In this document: positions 17,926-29,044 of the stretch, in pieces | How positions within the stretch are numbered: position 1 is the stretch's first letter | Layout of the letters: each line of letters opens with the position of its first letter | DNA from: Methanomethylovorans hollandica DSM 15978 | Lineage (GTDB): Archaea > Halobacteriota > Methanosarcinia > Methanosarcinales > Methanosarcinaceae | Reading direction: 5' to 3' | DNA length: 64,000 nucleotides | NCBI RefSeq assembly: GCF_000328665.1 | Contig: NC_019977.1 | Span: 1,604,011 to 1,668,010 of the forward strand | Position numbers and translations under genes: made by a program | Notes under the pieces: generated by a model | What the model was told of the DNA's origin: nothing | The model's database searches: none | Seen by the model: only the letters and a program-made list of their open reading frames with translations

Positions 17926-20595
17926 TTGGTGGCAGACAATAAATTCGTGTACTTTTTCGGCGGTAATAAGACAGAAGGAAAAAACAGTATGAAAGAACTG
18001 CTGGGTGGTAAAGGTGCAAACCTGGCAGAAATGGCCAACCTTGGAATTCCGGTACCACCTGGTTTTACCATCACGACTGAAGTCTGTGTGCAGTACCTCA
18101 AAGATAAGGACTATCCAAAAGGACTGCTGGAACAGGTGGATGCTGCTATCGTAAAGCTTGAAGAGGTAGTCGGGAAAAAATTTGGTGACAACGAGAACCC
18201 ATTGCTGGTTTCGGTACGTTCCGGCGCGAGGGTTTCCATGCCTGGGATGATGGATACGGTCCTTAACCTTGGACTGAATGACGCTTCTGTACTGGGTCTT
18301 GCCAAAAATACTGAGAATCCAAGGTTCGCTTATGACAGTTACAGGCGTTTTCTTACAATGTTCGGGGACGTTGTTCTGGGGATCGAACATGACAAGTTTG
18401 AACATGCTTTGAGTGAAAAAAAGCACGCTTTAGGTGTCAAACTGGATAATGAGCTCGGGGTTAACGCTCTCAAGGAACTTGTGGAACAATTTAAACTTAT
18501 AATAGAACATGAAACCGGGAAACAATTCCCTCAGGATGCACGTACACAGCTTCTCATGTCCATTGATGCTGTTTTCCAGTCCTGGAACAATCAGCGTGCA
18601 ATAACATACCGCAAGCTCAATAATATTCCCATGGAATGGGGTACAGCGGTCAATGTACAGTCCATGGTTTATGGAAACATGGGAGAGACATCCGGCACGG
18701 GTGTTGCTTTTACAAGAGACCCTGCAACGGGGCATAAACGTTTTTATGGCGAATATCTCATCAATGCCCAGGGCGAGGATGTCGTAGCAGGTATAAGGAC
18801 ACCCAGACCGATCTCCACTCTGAAGGAAGCAATGCCAATTGCCTTCAAACAGCTTGAAGAGATCTATATAAAACTGGAAAATCATTTCCGCGATATGCAG
18901 GACATTGAGTTTACCATAGAGCAGGGCACACTGTACATGTTACAGACCAGGAATGGAAAGCGTACTGCTGCTGCTGCCATAAAGATCGCTGCAGACATGG
19001 TCGCTGAAGGTCTTATCGATAAGAAGACCGCTATTTTGAGGATAGAGCCTAACCAGATTGACAAGTTGCTGCATCCGATGATCGATCCACAGGCAACTCT
19101 GCAGGTCGTGGCTACAGGACTTCCCGCTTCTCCGGGAGCTGCAGTGGGTAAAGTTGTGTTCACTGCGGAGCATGCTGAACAAATGGCAGAGTCCGGTGCA
19201 AAGGTGATCCTCGTACGTACGGAGACATCTCCCGAAGATATAGGCGGTATGAACGCTGCCGAGGGGATTCTCACAGTGCGCGGCGGAATGACATCACACG
19301 CTGCAGTAGTGGCAAGAGGCATGGGGAAACCCTGTGTTGCCGGATGTGGCGAAATATCCATAGATATAAAGAAAGGTGTATTCTCTGCAGGATCCTGCTC
19401 GATCCATGAAGGCGATTATATATCCATAGACGGTTCAACAGGTCACGTTATAGTGGGCAAGGTCCCCCTGATCACTCCTGAAGTTAGCGGGGAACTTAAG
19501 ACCGTGCTCAAGTGGGCGGACGAAGTGAGAACCCTTGGTGTGAGAACGAATGCCGATACTCCTTATGATGCCAGTGTTGCCAGGGAATTTGGTGCAGAAG
19601 GCATTGGATTGTGTCGTACAGAGCACATGTTCTTCGGTGAAGAGCGTATTCCCGTAGTAAGGGAAATGATCATGGCCGAAACAGAAGCGGCAAGAAGGAG
19701 TGCTCTTGTAAAGCTTCTCCCGATGCAGAGAGAGGATTTTGCAGGCATATTCCATGCCATGGAAGGATATCCGGTAACCATCCGTTTGCTTGATCCTCCG
19801 CTTCACGAGTTCCTGCCTAACCATGAGGAAGCTCTGGAAAAATTAATGGAGCTTGAGAGCAAAGATGCTCCTGAATCTGAGATCAATAAGGTAAAGAAAG
19901 TTATGGAAAGGATAGAGTTCCTGAAAGAGATCAACCCTATGCTAGGTTTCAGGGGTTGCAGGCTTGGAGTTGTCTATCCTGAAATATATGAGATGCAGGT
20001 GCAGGCTATTATTGAGGCGGCCTGTGAGCTTACCAAAGAAGGCATGACTATAGTGCCAGAGATAATGATTCCCCTCATATCCCATGTTAAAGAACTGCAG
20101 ATAGTCAAGCAGCAGGTTGTAAAGGTAGCAAGTGCTGTTATGGCAGACAAAGATGTGAAAATAAATTACAAAATCGGTACCATGATAGAACTTCCAAGGG
20201 CTGCCCTTACAGCTGACAAGATAGCCCTTGAGGCGGATTTCTTCTCATTTGGTACAAATGACCTTACTCAGACTACCTTTGGTTTCAGCAGAGATGATGC
20301 AGCCAAGTTCCTGCCCGCTTACATAGAAAAGTCCATACTGGAACACGACCCTTTTGCCGTGCTTGACCAGAGCGGTGTGGGTGAACTTATAAAAATAGGA
20401 ATTGACAAAGGCCGCTCCACCAAAAGTGATCTGAAAATAGGCATTTGCGGTGAACACGGAGGAGAGCCCAGTTCTGTTATCTTCGGGCATAAGGTGGGCC
20501 TTAATTACGTCAGTTGTTCACCATTCCGTGTGCCTGTGGCCAGAATGGCAGCTGCACATGCAGCAATTCAGGAAGAAGAAATGAACAAAAAATGA
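17926..20595 (+). CDS. ppdK: Pyruvate, phosphate dikinase
   Basis: LGGKGANLAEM, SVRSGA..SMPGMMDT, GGMTSHAAVVARG, GIGLCRTEHMF, SFGTNDLTQ. Confidence 0.97.
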   Translation: MVADNKFVYFFGGNKTEGKNSMKELLGGKGANLAEMANLGIPVPPGFTITTEVCVQYLKDKDYPKGLLEQVDAAIVKLEEVVGKKFGDNENPLLVSVRSGARVSMPGMMDTVLNLGLNDASVLGLAKNTENPRFAYDSYRRFLTMFGDVVLGIEHDKFEHALSEKKHALGVKLDNELGVNALKELVEQFKLIIEHETGKQFPQDARTQLLMSIDAVFQSWNNQRAITYRKLNNIPMEWGTAVNVQSMVYGNMGETSGTGVAFTRDPATGHKRFYGEYLINAQGEDVVAGIRTPRPISTLKEAMPIAFKQLEEIYIKLENHFRDMQDIEFTIEQGTLYMLQTRNGKRTAAAAIKIAADMVAEGLIDKKTAILRIEPNQIDKLLHPMIDPQATLQVVATGLPASPGAAVGKVVFTAEHAEQMAESGAKVILVRTETSPEDIGGMNAAEGILTVRGGMTSHAAVVARGMGKPCVAGCGEISIDIKKGVFSAGSCSIHEGDYISIDGSTGHVIVGKVPLITPEVSGELKTVLKWADEVRTLGVRTNADTPYDASVAREFGAEGIGLCRTEHMFFGEERIPVVREMIMAETEAARRSALVKLLPMQREDFAGIFHAMEGYPVTIRLLDPPLHEFLPNHEEALEKLMELESKDAPESEINKVKKVMERIEFLKEINPMLGFRGCRLGVVYPEIYEMQVQAIIEAACELTKEGMTIVPEIMIPLISHVKELQIVKQQVVKVASAVMADKDVKINYKIGTMIELPRAALTADKIALEADFFSFGTNDLTQTTFGFSRDDAAKFLPAYIEKSILEHDPFAVLDQSGVGELIKIGIDKGRSTKSDLKIGICGEHGGEPSSVIFGHKVGLNYVSCSPFRVPVARMAAAHAAIQEEEMNKK

Positions 20596-20739
20596 GGTAA
20601 GACAGGGTTTTTCCAGGCCCTGCACATGATTTTTATTAACTGTTTTTTATTATCTGGGCTTCAGTACAATAACATATGATAGCGATCTGATTTTTAAAAT
20701 ATCATGATTAATGGGATCGGATCATAAATAGGACCCAAT

Positions 20740-21705
20740 TCAATAAGATCGCTCTATCATATAATCTGCTATTGCAAGGAGTATCTCTTTTGCTTCTGAA
20801 TCACCCAGTACATCCAGTTTCGCTTTACCTTCACGGATGTGTGCAAGAGCCACATTGCGCGCATATTCGATAGAACCAGATTCTTCAAGCTGTCTGATAG
20901 CATCTTCCAGTTGTCCCCTTGAAGCCTTGCCCTTGCCGAATATTTCCAATTGCACGCCGGAGTTGAGGGCGTGAATGGCTATGAGGGTCTTTTTTCCTTC
21001 CATTATATCGCTTCCCCTCACTTTGCCCAGCGTTTCTTCAGGGGTCACTATATCCAGCACATCATCATATATCTGGAAAGCAATACCTATCATGCGGCCA
21101 AACTCGTACATCTGGTCCGCTACTTCAAGGGAAGAGCCACCAAGCAATGCACCTATCTTACATGCAGCTCCATAAAGCACAGCAGTTTTCTTCTCCACCA
21201 TTTGGATGTACTCTTTTTCAGAGACCATGTCCTTATGCTCGAATTCCACATCCAGCCACTGACCTTCACATATCTCTGTGCAGGTCCTTGCCAGGATATA
21301 GATGCACTTTACTATGCGTGCAGGATCGTTATCCATGCGGGTTATTATCTCAAAGGCTCTGGAGTATAATGTATCTCCTGCAAGGATAGCTCCGGGTTCT
21401 CCCCATTTCACATGTGCTGCAGGCATTCCCCTGCGTACATCGTCCCTGTCCATGATATCATCATGCATCAGAGTGAAATTATGTACCAGTTCTACAGCAA
21501 CAGCAGCAGGCAGGACGGTCTGAAGATCAGACCCCACAGCTTCTGCGGTCAGTATTACTGCTGCAGGCCTGAGCCTTTTTCCGCCTGCATCAGGCAGGTA
21601 TCGTGCAGCTTTATATAGTTCTTCGGGGTGTTTAATAGGGAGCATTTCCCGAATGCCCTCATCCACATGCACACTCCGTTTTTTGATCTCGTCAATCAGG
21701 TTCAT
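20740..21705 (-). CDS. idsA: Geranylgeranyl diphosphate synthase (polyprenyl synthetase)
   Basis: GGKRLRP, HDDIMDRD..RRG, FQIYDDVLD. Confidence 0.92.
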   Translation of the reverse strand: MNLIDEIKKRSVHVDEGIREMLPIKHPEELYKAARYLPDAGGKRLRPAAVILTAEAVGSDLQTVLPAAVAVELVHNFTLMHDDIMDRDDVRRGMPAAHVKWGEPGAILAGDTLYSRAFEIITRMDNDPARIVKCIYILARTCTEICEGQWLDVEFEHKDMVSEKEYIQMVEKKTAVLYGAACKIGALLGGSSLEVADQMYEFGRMIGIAFQIYDDVLDIVTPEETLGKVRGSDIMEGKKTLIAIHALNSGVQLEIFGKGKASRGQLEDAIRQLEESGSIEYARNVALAHIREGKAKLDVLGDSEAKEILLAIADYMIERSY

Positions 21706-21725
21706 GATATCTCGTCACTGCTAGA

Positions 21726-23069
21726 TTACTCTTCTATGTATAGTTCCTCTCCGTTCCTTAACAGATGGAGCGTATCTCCCAGTACATAGCCTGCATCTTC
21801 TGCCATCTCTATGTATGCGGCATGCATTTCAATGGTTCCATGAGCAGGTATGACATGTTCAGGTTTGACCATCCTCAGCAGTTCCCAGTGATCTTCTCTG
21901 TAGGCGTGTCCTGACACATGTACATTATCATATATCCGTGCACCTTTCATTCTGAGCTTTGTTTCCAGAGCATAGCGGTTAGCCCGAGTGAGAGGATTGG
22001 GTATCACATTAGCGGAAAAAACGATCTTATCCCCGGGTTCTATAATGTAAGGCAGATCACCGTTTGCTATACGTATCAATATGGAACCGGGTTCTCCCTG
22101 ATGCCCGGTAACAATAGGCAGGTATTTGTTTTTGCCTCCTCTCATCACCTTTTCCAGAGCCTTTTCTACTTCACGGCGCTGACCGTATATTTCTACATTC
22201 CCCGGAAGGTCAACGTATCCCAGTTCTTTTGCTGTGCTCATGTACCTGTCCATGGACCTGCCAAGCAATATGGGTATACGTCCCATTTCTTTAGCGAAGG
22301 AGATAATGGAATTCAAACGGGATATGTGAGAAGCAAAAGTAGTAATTATCATTCCCACATCAGACTCCTCGGTACCCAGCAGCACGTCCTTTACCAGGTC
22401 ATGTGCAATCTGCTCGGAAGGTGCTTTACCGGAACGTCCGGAATTTGTACTTTCGGTAATAAGTGCAATGACCCCCTCTTCTCCGAGGGATTTGAGCCTG
22501 TTGAAATCCGGAGCTTCTCCTAAAGTAGGTGTCCTGTCCAGTTTGAAATCACAGGCGTACATAATAGCACCTTTAGGAGTGTGGATGACCGCGAACACCG
22601 TATCTATTATGCTATGCTGGGTATTGATGAACTCTACAGAGACATCTTTTGTTATTTCATAGGTCTCTCCTGCCTTCATGGAGATGAGATTGTTCTTCAC
22701 ACCGAATTTGCGTTCCGAGTCTATCTGATGTTTTATAAGTGCTGTTGTGTATGGTGTACTTATGATAGGTGCACTATAGCGATGCGCCAGCTTGGGGATA
22801 GCACCGATATGGTCAAGATGACCATGTGTGCATACAATAGCCCGCACATTCCCGTTTACATCTTTCATTATTGTGTCATCGGGTATGGCTCCCATATTTA
22901 TAAGCTCAAGGGAGTGCATTTTATCTATTTCTACATCTTCATGTATCTGCACTCTGTCCAGCCGCAGACCCATATCAAGGATGATTATATCCTCATCAAC
23001 TCTTATAGCAGTCATGTTGCGGCCCATTTCATTATAACCGCCAACTGCTATTATTCCGATTTCTGTCAT
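21726..23069 (-). CDS. rnj: Ribonuclease J (beta-CASP)
   Basis: GGYNEMGRNMT, THGHLDHIG, HVSGHA, PAHG. Confidence 0.93.
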   Translation of the reverse strand: MTEIGIIAVGGYNEMGRNMTAIRVDEDIIILDMGLRLDRVQIHEDVEIDKMHSLELINMGAIPDDTIMKDVNGNVRAIVCTHGHLDHIGAIPKLAHRYSAPIISTPYTTALIKHQIDSERKFGVKNNLISMKAGETYEITKDVSVEFINTQHSIIDTVFAVIHTPKGAIMYACDFKLDRTPTLGEAPDFNRLKSLGEEGVIALITESTNSGRSGKAPSEQIAHDLVKDVLLGTEESDVGMIITTFASHISRLNSIISFAKEMGRIPILLGRSMDRYMSTAKELGYVDLPGNVEIYGQRREVEKALEKVMRGGKNKYLPIVTGHQGEPGSILIRIANGDLPYIIEPGDKIVFSANVIPNPLTRANRYALETKLRMKGARIYDNVHVSGHAYREDHWELLRMVKPEHVIPAHGTIEMHAAYIEMAEDAGYVLGDTLHLLRNGEELYIEE

Positions 23070-23126
23070 ATTAATTCCTCAAATTCTAAAATATATTGTT
23101 ACTATATTGTTCCTTACAAACGATCT

Positions 23127-24230
23127 TTATACGATCTGTAATTCGCTACGGTTAGAACGTAGAGCGAATTCTTTTACATTAAATCCACGCAATTCAAGGT
23201 ATTCCCTTGTCCACCCGGTGATAACTGTGGGTGTTATATGCAGCCTGTGCATGTCTTGGCATCCGCAGAGGAACATTGCTACTTTAAGCTCGTTCATCAT
23301 AAGCTTCAACCTCTTAAGCACCATCTCTTTACTCTCCAGTGCCGGAGCAACAAAAGGAAGGGCCGCACTGGCGACACTGGCACCAATGGCTATTGATTTG
23401 GCAATATCCATACCTGTCCTTATCCCACCGGTGGCTATCACCGGCAGCGATACATTGCATTCCACAACACTTGCTGCTGTGGGGATACCAAAATCCCAGA
23501 ACAGTTCTCCCAGCATTTCCGACATGACGTCTTTTCTGTCCCGTGCCCTGTATACTTCTACTCCGGACCAGCTTGTGCCACCGACTCCGCCTACATCAAT
23601 GGCAGAAACACCAGCTTTCTTTAGCAGCAAAGCATCCTCATGAGATATCCCTGCACCTGTTTCCTTCACAATGATAGGCAGATCCAGAGAGCATATCTCT
23701 CTGATGGCTTCCAGGGCACCTTTTGCACCGGCATCTCCTTCCGGCTGTATGGCTTCCTGTAAAAAATTAAGGTGTATTGCCATTGCATCCGCATCGATCA
23801 TTTCTACAAGACGTTCTATCCCTTCGAGACCATATTCTTTGATCTGGGCAGCTCCTATATTGCCATATATAAAGGCATCAGGCGCCACATCCCTCATTAT
23901 GGAAAAAGAACTTTCCTGGGCCGGGTCCTCGATAGCGGCTCTCTGGCTGCCTACACCTATGCCGATGCCCATTTCTTCTGCGGCCTGTGCAAGAGCAGCA
24001 TTAATAGGTTTTGTGTCAGGATGTCCTCCTGTTATAGATGCTATAAAAAAAGGAGCATCCATTCTCTTTCCAAGAAAATCTGCATGAAGATCTACGTCCT
24101 CTACATCGAATTCCGGAAGAGCTCTGTGCACCAGCATTACATCTTCCAGACCTGTACCTTTTGTCCTGGACTCTACCGGACTTGAAGAACATAGATTGAG
24201 GTGCTCTATCTTTCTCTGGGACGTGCTCAT
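23127..24230 (-). CDS. fni: Type 2 isopentenyl-diphosphate delta-isomerase
   Basis: RKIEHL, GVGSQR, HLNFLQE, KETGAG, GGTSW; start set at ATG 24230. Confidence 0.95.
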   Translation of the reverse strand: MSTSQRKIEHLNLCSSSPVESRTKGTGLEDVMLVHRALPEFDVEDVDLHADFLGKRMDAPFFIASITGGHPDTKPINAALAQAAEEMGIGIGVGSQRAAIEDPAQESSFSIMRDVAPDAFIYGNIGAAQIKEYGLEGIERLVEMIDADAMAIHLNFLQEAIQPEGDAGAKGALEAIREICSLDLPIIVKETGAGISHEDALLLKKAGVSAIDVGGVGGTSWSGVEVYRARDRKDVMSEMLGELFWDFGIPTAASVVECNVSLPVIATGGIRTGMDIAKSIAIGASVASAALPFVAPALESKEMVLKRLKLMMNELKVAMFLCGCQDMHRLHITPTVITGWTREYLELRGFNVKEFALRSNRSELQIV

Positions 24231-24231
24231 A

Positions 24232-25023
24232 TTAAGACCTGCATTCATATTGTTCATGTGTTATAGCTGTGCCTATTTTCTCGCCTTTAAGGAAATGTTC
24301 GATATTGCCGGGTTGTCCGGCATCGAAGATATATGAAGTGAGATGGGTACTGGCACTAAGATCAAGCATTTCCTGAACTTTCCCCAGCATACCTCCTGTG
24401 ACATCCGTGTTCTCTGAGCCTTTTATATATTCTTTTACGTTCTCGAAGTTCGTGGGCGTGATTATAGGGATAGTTGAACCATTGTCGTCAAGAACCCCTG
24501 CAGTTGCACTTCCTATACCCAAGAGACTTGCTTTCAGACGTTTTGCAAGATATGGAACGATCTGGTCCCCGGAGATCACGGATGTTCCAAGACTATGGTC
24601 CATTACCACATCTCCGTGCAAGACCGGAACGATGTCCTTTTCCAGCATACAATGTATCTGGTCAAGGAACATGGTCTGAATTCTTCCGTTATCTGCAAGC
24701 ATACAACACATCGGATGAACTCCCACAGCGCATATGCCATTAGCATTGAGTATATCGACTACCATACTGCAGAGCTCTTTTACCGAAAGATGGGTTATAA
24801 TAGAACCAGTGGCATTGAACTCTTCATTAAGAGAGAACTTTTTTGCCTGAGGATGACCAAAAGAACCTGCTCCATGCACTATCATGAGCTTTCCTTTGAA
24901 GCCGGATATTTCCTGAGCTATTCTACGTATCTCATTTACCCTGACCACTCCATCGTCAGCTCTTTTGTCAGTGATGACACTCCCGCCGATCTTAAGTATG
25001 GTTAGACTTTCCGATGAAACCAT
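24232..25023 (-). CDS. ipk: Isopentenyl phosphate kinase
   Basis: LKIGGSVITDK, HGAGSFGH, SGD, DVTGGMLGK. Confidence 0.92.
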   Translation of the reverse strand: MVSSESLTILKIGGSVITDKRADDGVVRVNEIRRIAQEISGFKGKLMIVHGAGSFGHPQAKKFSLNEEFNATGSIITHLSVKELCSMVVDILNANGICAVGVHPMCCMLADNGRIQTMFLDQIHCMLEKDIVPVLHGDVVMDHSLGTSVISGDQIVPYLAKRLKASLLGIGSATAGVLDDNGSTIPIITPTNFENVKEYIKGSENTDVTGGMLGKVQEMLDLSASTHLTSYIFDAGQPGNIEHFLKGEKIGTAITHEQYECRS

Positions 25024-25024
25024 A

Positions 25025-25939
25025 TCAATGCTCCACTCTTACTCCGTGTTCAGTTACTTTGGTTATAATGGCCTTTCCTCCGACCCTTGTTATTGCCGAA
25101 GCCACCTGTTCCGCCTCAGAAAGTGGAGTTAGTGCTACCATGCATCCTCCTCCTCCTGCACCCGTTATCTTTGCGCTGTATGCGCCGGCATTGCGGGCAG
25201 CATATATAAGATCTGCAAGCTCCGGACTGCTTACACCGATAGCATCAAGAAGTCCCTGGTTAATGTTCATGAGCACCCCTATGGACTCATATTCCTTTTT
25301 GGCGACCATTTTCTCTCCGGTAAGCGAGATCCTGCCTATAGTGGAAAGTATGGGATCGATTATCTTAGGATAATTTTTCTTAAGCTGTGCCACATTAGAT
25401 ACCAGCTGCCGTGTGGAAGAAAATTTTCCGGTATTACCAATAACAATACCACAATCAATAATATGAAGCTTCTTTTTCAGAGGTACCATCACAACTCCGC
25501 CCATAGTGCTGACATACGTATCAGTTGAACTGGCCACACCCTGTATCTTTTTCTCTATGCTGTGTCCCAGGGTTGCAATATCTTCTGCTCCCAATCCACA
25601 TTCAAACAACAGGTTCAAAGCTTGTATAGTGGCAATTGTCACTGCCGCGGATGAACCCAGGCCTGAGCCAACAGGTATATCGGACTTGATGCACAGCTTT
25701 ATACCTTTGATGTCTGTGATCTCTGACATCTTCTCTACCACAGATGAAACGTACGGGTACCTGTCATGGTCGATTCCGGTATCACCCAGCACCGAACTGA
25801 TCTGGACGGTATCGCTTAGACAGGCTTGTACCTGAGTACGCAAGTCTACAGCACAGCATATTGCGCTTTCCCCGTAAACTACCGCATGTTCACCGAACAG
25901 ATATATTTTTCCGGGAGCAGAACATGTTATCTTTTGCAT
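25025..25939 (-). CDS. mvk: Mevalonate kinase
   Basis: APGKIYLFGEHAVVYG, PVGSGLGSSAA, KITGAGGGG. Confidence 0.95.
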   Translation of the reverse strand: MQKITCSAPGKIYLFGEHAVVYGESAICCAVDLRTQVQACLSDTVQISSVLGDTGIDHDRYPYVSSVVEKMSEITDIKGIKLCIKSDIPVGSGLGSSAAVTIATIQALNLLFECGLGAEDIATLGHSIEKKIQGVASSTDTYVSTMGGVVMVPLKKKLHIIDCGIVIGNTGKFSSTRQLVSNVAQLKKNYPKIIDPILSTIGRISLTGEKMVAKKEYESIGVLMNINQGLLDAIGVSSPELADLIYAARNAGAYSAKITGAGGGGCMVALTPLSEAEQVASAITRVGGKAIITKVTEHGVRVEH

Positions 25940-25949
25940 CGTATTCGAC

Positions 25950-26750
25950 TCATTCAAATATTAAGGAGGCGTATCCCACTACGCCGGAATCGTCACCTGT
26001 CACTTCTCCACTTGTTGCATACTTAAGAAGTTCTGCTTTGCTTGCTCCAAGTTTCCTGGCAGCAGTAATGGTTGCTGCAATGGGTCCATAACCGCATGCC
26101 GATATATCCCTGGCGTACAGCCTGTTATAGAGATCATCCACGTTCATGTCCAAAATAGCTTTTATCAGGTACCTGTCATTGCTCTCTGCCACATGTGCAG
26201 GCTGGTAATGAGTGAAGTCACTTGATGCGATTATAACAGCCTTTCTGCCAATAGCTGTGATAGCCCTGGCAATTTCCATGCCGACCTCAAGGGCTATTTC
26301 CTCATCCTGCATTCCTATGCATACAGGCAGTATCCTGAAATCATGCTTAAAACGATACTGTAGGAAAGGTATTTGCACCTCGATCGAATGCTCGAAACGA
26401 TGTGCAACCTCATCTTGGCAGATAATACTGCCTGCAAGCTTTTCCGCCAGTTCATGGTCCGTCTCTACTTTTCCCAGAGGGGTAGACCATGTTTCTGTTG
26501 AAAGAGCTACCGGTGATCCATAGCCCGTATGATTTGGGCCGAAGATCACATAAGTATCTGCCTCTGGCAGTACCGCATAGGAGCGAGCTGCGACCCTTCC
26601 AGAGTATATGTAACCGGCATGGGGTACCACAACACCCTTTATACCGGACCTTGGATCGATTGTGGTGCCGCTGAAGCAATTATCTAACTCTTTCCTCAAA
26701 GCTTCTGGATTAGCCGGGTAGAATTTCCCGGCAACTGTAGCCTGTCTCAT
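25950..26750 (-). CDS. MEMO1 family protein (AmmeMemoRadiSam protein B)
   Basis: VAGKFYP, PHAGYIYSG, GPNHTG, EHSIEVQIPFLQ, SSDFTHY, CGYGP. Confidence 0.92.
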   Translation of the reverse strand: MRQATVAGKFYPANPEALRKELDNCFSGTTIDPRSGIKGVVVPHAGYIYSGRVAARSYAVLPEADTYVIFGPNHTGYGSPVALSTETWSTPLGKVETDHELAEKLAGSIICQDEVAHRFEHSIEVQIPFLQYRFKHDFRILPVCIGMQDEEIALEVGMEIARAITAIGRKAVIIASSDFTHYQPAHVAESNDRYLIKAILDMNVDDLYNRLYARDISACGYGPIAATITAARKLGASKAELLKYATSGEVTGDDSGVVGYASLIFE

Positions 26751-26820
26751 ACTACGTCACCCCGTGTAAATATTATAAGGGGTACATTGTATATGTAGTA
26801 TGCTTCCAAAGCAAAGCCTT

Positions 26821-27492
26821 TCAAATACCAGCTTCGAAATCCTCGAACTCGTAATTGAAGTATGTGCCATTGGCCTTTGCGATCTCTCTTGCAAGCAACC
26901 AGTAGACGAGGGAGAGGGCTTTTCTTCCTTTGTTGTTGGTCGGTATGACCATGTCCACATTGGAAGTCATGTTGTTCGTATCACAAAGTGCTACAACAGG
27001 GATCCCAATGTTCACAGCTTCTTTAATTACCTGTGCATCTCCTGCAGGGTCTGTGACTATGATCACATCGGGCTCAAAGAATGCTTCGACTGTCGGATTT
27101 GTAAGTGTGCCTGGAATGAAGCGGCCAACCATTGACCTGGCCCCTACAGCTTTTGCGAACTTCATTGCCGGGAACTGACCATATTGTCTTGCAGAAACCA
27201 CAAGCATCCTGGATGGTTCATATTTGGACAGGAAGTTTGCCACCAGTTTTATCCTTTCATCAGTTGACTGGATGTCCAATACATAAAGTCCGTCAGTCCT
27301 TACCCTGTATACGAACTTCATCATGTTCTCTGTCTTCTGCTGGGTACCAATATGTACACCAGCTGCCAGATACTCATCTATAGGAACAAGTGAAGTAGAT
27401 TTCTCTGCATCTGCACTGACGTCTGATAGTTTATCATCAGTATCCACTTGTATATCTGCATTATCAGTAACCTGTATTTCTTCTGTGGTCAT
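26821..27492 (-). CDS. rps2: 30S ribosomal protein S2
   Basis: [25 protein letters not shown]. Confidence 0.97.
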   Translation of the reverse strand: MTTEEIQVTDNADIQVDTDDKLSDVSADAEKSTSLVPIDEYLAAGVHIGTQQKTENMMKFVYRVRTDGLYVLDIQSTDERIKLVANFLSKYEPSRMLVVSARQYGQFPAMKFAKAVGARSMVGRFIPGTLTNPTVEAFFEPDVIIVTDPAGDAQVIKEAVNIGIPVVALCDTNNMTSNVDMVIPTNNKGRKALSLVYWLLAREIAKANGTYFNYEFEDFEAGI

Positions 27493-27507
27493 TGGATCAC
27501 CTTGAAT

Positions 27508-27696
27508 TTATAGTACCTTTTTATGGTCCCTTTTAACAGTAATTGGGATAACCCCAAGCTCTAGTTCTTTCTTTGCTATATACAGAGATTGAGTACCGGG
27601 ATCATCGATCAGGACGGGTGCGCCCATAGAGATCTGCAGGGATCTGGCACCGATAATCCTTGCTCGCTCATATCTAGTATAATGTTCTGTGCTCAA
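27508..27696 (-). CDS. rpoK: RNA polymerase subunit K (Rpo6)
   Basis: [21 protein letters not shown]. Confidence 0.95.
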   Translation of the reverse strand: MSTEHYTRYERARIIGARSLQISMGAPVLIDDPGTQSLYIAKKELELGVIPITVKRDHKKVL

Positions 27697-27898
27697 AAAA
27701 TCACCTTAAGGAATATGATAGAACGTGATCATAAGGATATAATATCAGGTATTGTCAACTAAAAGCTGCATAAGTAAAGCTTACATCCGTGAGTGTTCTT
27801 TCCATACCTGAGATAGTTTTATCCGGAATCCCTCCGAATGTGGTCACACATCTATTCTTGCAGGCCAGTCTATATTAATTACAGTAAGAGTAAGGGAA

Positions 27899-27996
27899 TG
27901 GGACCGCTGAGATTTGAACTCAGGTTCCGGCGTGATTCGCGTACTACAAAGTACGTCCCGAACGCCGAAGGATGGTCCAGGCTACCCTACGGTCCC
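27899..27996 (-). tRNA. tRNA-Pro(CGG) with 23-nt canonical intron (27934-27956)
   Basis: Acceptor stem GGGACCG/CGGTCCC; anticodon arm CGGCG-TTCGGG^A-CGCCG; T arm CTGAG-TTCAAAT-CTCAG; bulge-helix-bulge (TTCG/CGAA helix, GGA and TCA bulges); CCA not encoded. Confidence 0.95.
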
Positions 27997-28185
27997 TTAC
28001 TGATATGGTGCCAGTGTATCTACAAGCTCCACATGGGACAGGAGTATGCGACGGCAGCAGTAACGTGTGATACCCAGGTCGTCCATGACCTGGGCAGGAT
28101 CTTCGCCATCTTTGGTTCTCCTTTTGTATTCATCCCAGCTGCTTGCGATAACTTTACCACAACTGAAACAACGGACTGGTATCAT
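27997..28185 (-). CDS. rpoN: RNA polymerase subunit N (Rpo10)
   Basis: [11 protein letters not shown]...RYCCRR. Confidence 0.97.
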   Translation of the reverse strand: MIPVRCFSCGKVIASSWDEYKRRTKDGEDPAQVMDDLGITRYCCRRILLSHVELVDTLAPYQ

Positions 28186-28196
28186 CTATATATGCC

Positions 28197-28601
28197 TTAC
28201 CTGTATGATTTCTGATACTTAGCACGTGCACCAGGTCCACCAAACTTCTTGGTTTCTTTCTGCCTGGAATCGTTAACAAGAAGGTTACGGTCATATGCCA
28301 TATACGCATCACGAAGATTGGTATCATTGGCCCATTCCACTATACCTCTTGAGATAGCCGTCCTTATGGCATTGGCCTGTCCAACAATGCCTCCGCCGCT
28401 TACTTTCACATCGATGTCCAGTCCCTCTGCAACTTCGCCTGCAAGCATAAGGGATTCATAGATCTTCATCTTTGCGAATTCAGGTTCATATATCTCAACG
28501 GGTTTCTTGTTTATGCGAGTTCTGCCTGCTCCTTTTTTGATAGTTGCACGGGCAATTGCGGTCTTGTTCTTACCTGATGAATTGACTACTTTGTTTGACA
28601 T
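28197..28601 (-). CDS. rps9: 30S ribosomal protein S9
   Basis: [34 protein letters not shown]. Confidence 0.97.
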   Translation of the reverse strand: MSNKVVNSSGKNKTAIARATIKKGAGRTRINKKPVEIYEPEFAKMKIYESLMLAGEVAEGLDIDVKVSGGGIVGQANAIRTAISRGIVEWANDTNLRDAYMAYDRNLLVNDSRQKETKKFGGPGARAKYQKSYR

Positions 28602-28612
28602 GATGATCCTCC

Positions 28613-29032
28613 TTAGAACTTGCCGCCCATCTTTGTGCTCACGTCCCCAAGTCTCATGTATTTGTTAGAACTGAGCCTCTTCATACTTGCTTCGGCAACC
28701 TGTATCATTTCCTTGTCCTTTAGATCGAGCGGGACTCCTACATGCACTTTAAGACGAGCCATTGCATCGCGTCCTCTTGATCTCCTGTAAGGCAACATTC
28801 CCCTTACTGTCCTTTTAAGAATACGTTCCGGCCTCTTTGGGAAATGAGGACCAAATTCGGTAGAACCTATAGAGATCTTGTTCCTGTACTCTGCTATAGT
28901 ATCGAGCTTGGAACCGGAGATCACTGCCTTTTCAGCATTAACTATATCTATTTTATCTCCTGCAAGCAGCCGCTTTGCCACATCACTTGCAAGCCTTCCC
29001 AGAATAAGCCCATTGGCATCGATTATTGTCAT
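28613..29032 (-). CDS. rpl13: 50S ribosomal protein L13
   Basis: [24 protein letters not shown]. Confidence 0.96.
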   Translation of the reverse strand: MTIIDANGLILGRLASDVAKRLLAGDKIDIVNAEKAVISGSKLDTIAEYRNKISIGSTEFGPHFPKRPERILKRTVRGMLPYRRSRGRDAMARLKVHVGVPLDLKDKEMIQVAEASMKRLSSNKYMRLGDVSTKMGGKF

Positions 29033-29044
29033 CTTCAACACCTC

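Noticed and set aside
17887..20490. Many antisense ORFs within ppdK (also within polC and the mcr genes)
   Set aside because: Shadow frames of strongly conserved genes with no recognisable motifs
27838..28215. 125-aa plus-strand ORF
   Set aside because: Antisense to tRNA-Pro and rpoN; a shadow ORF
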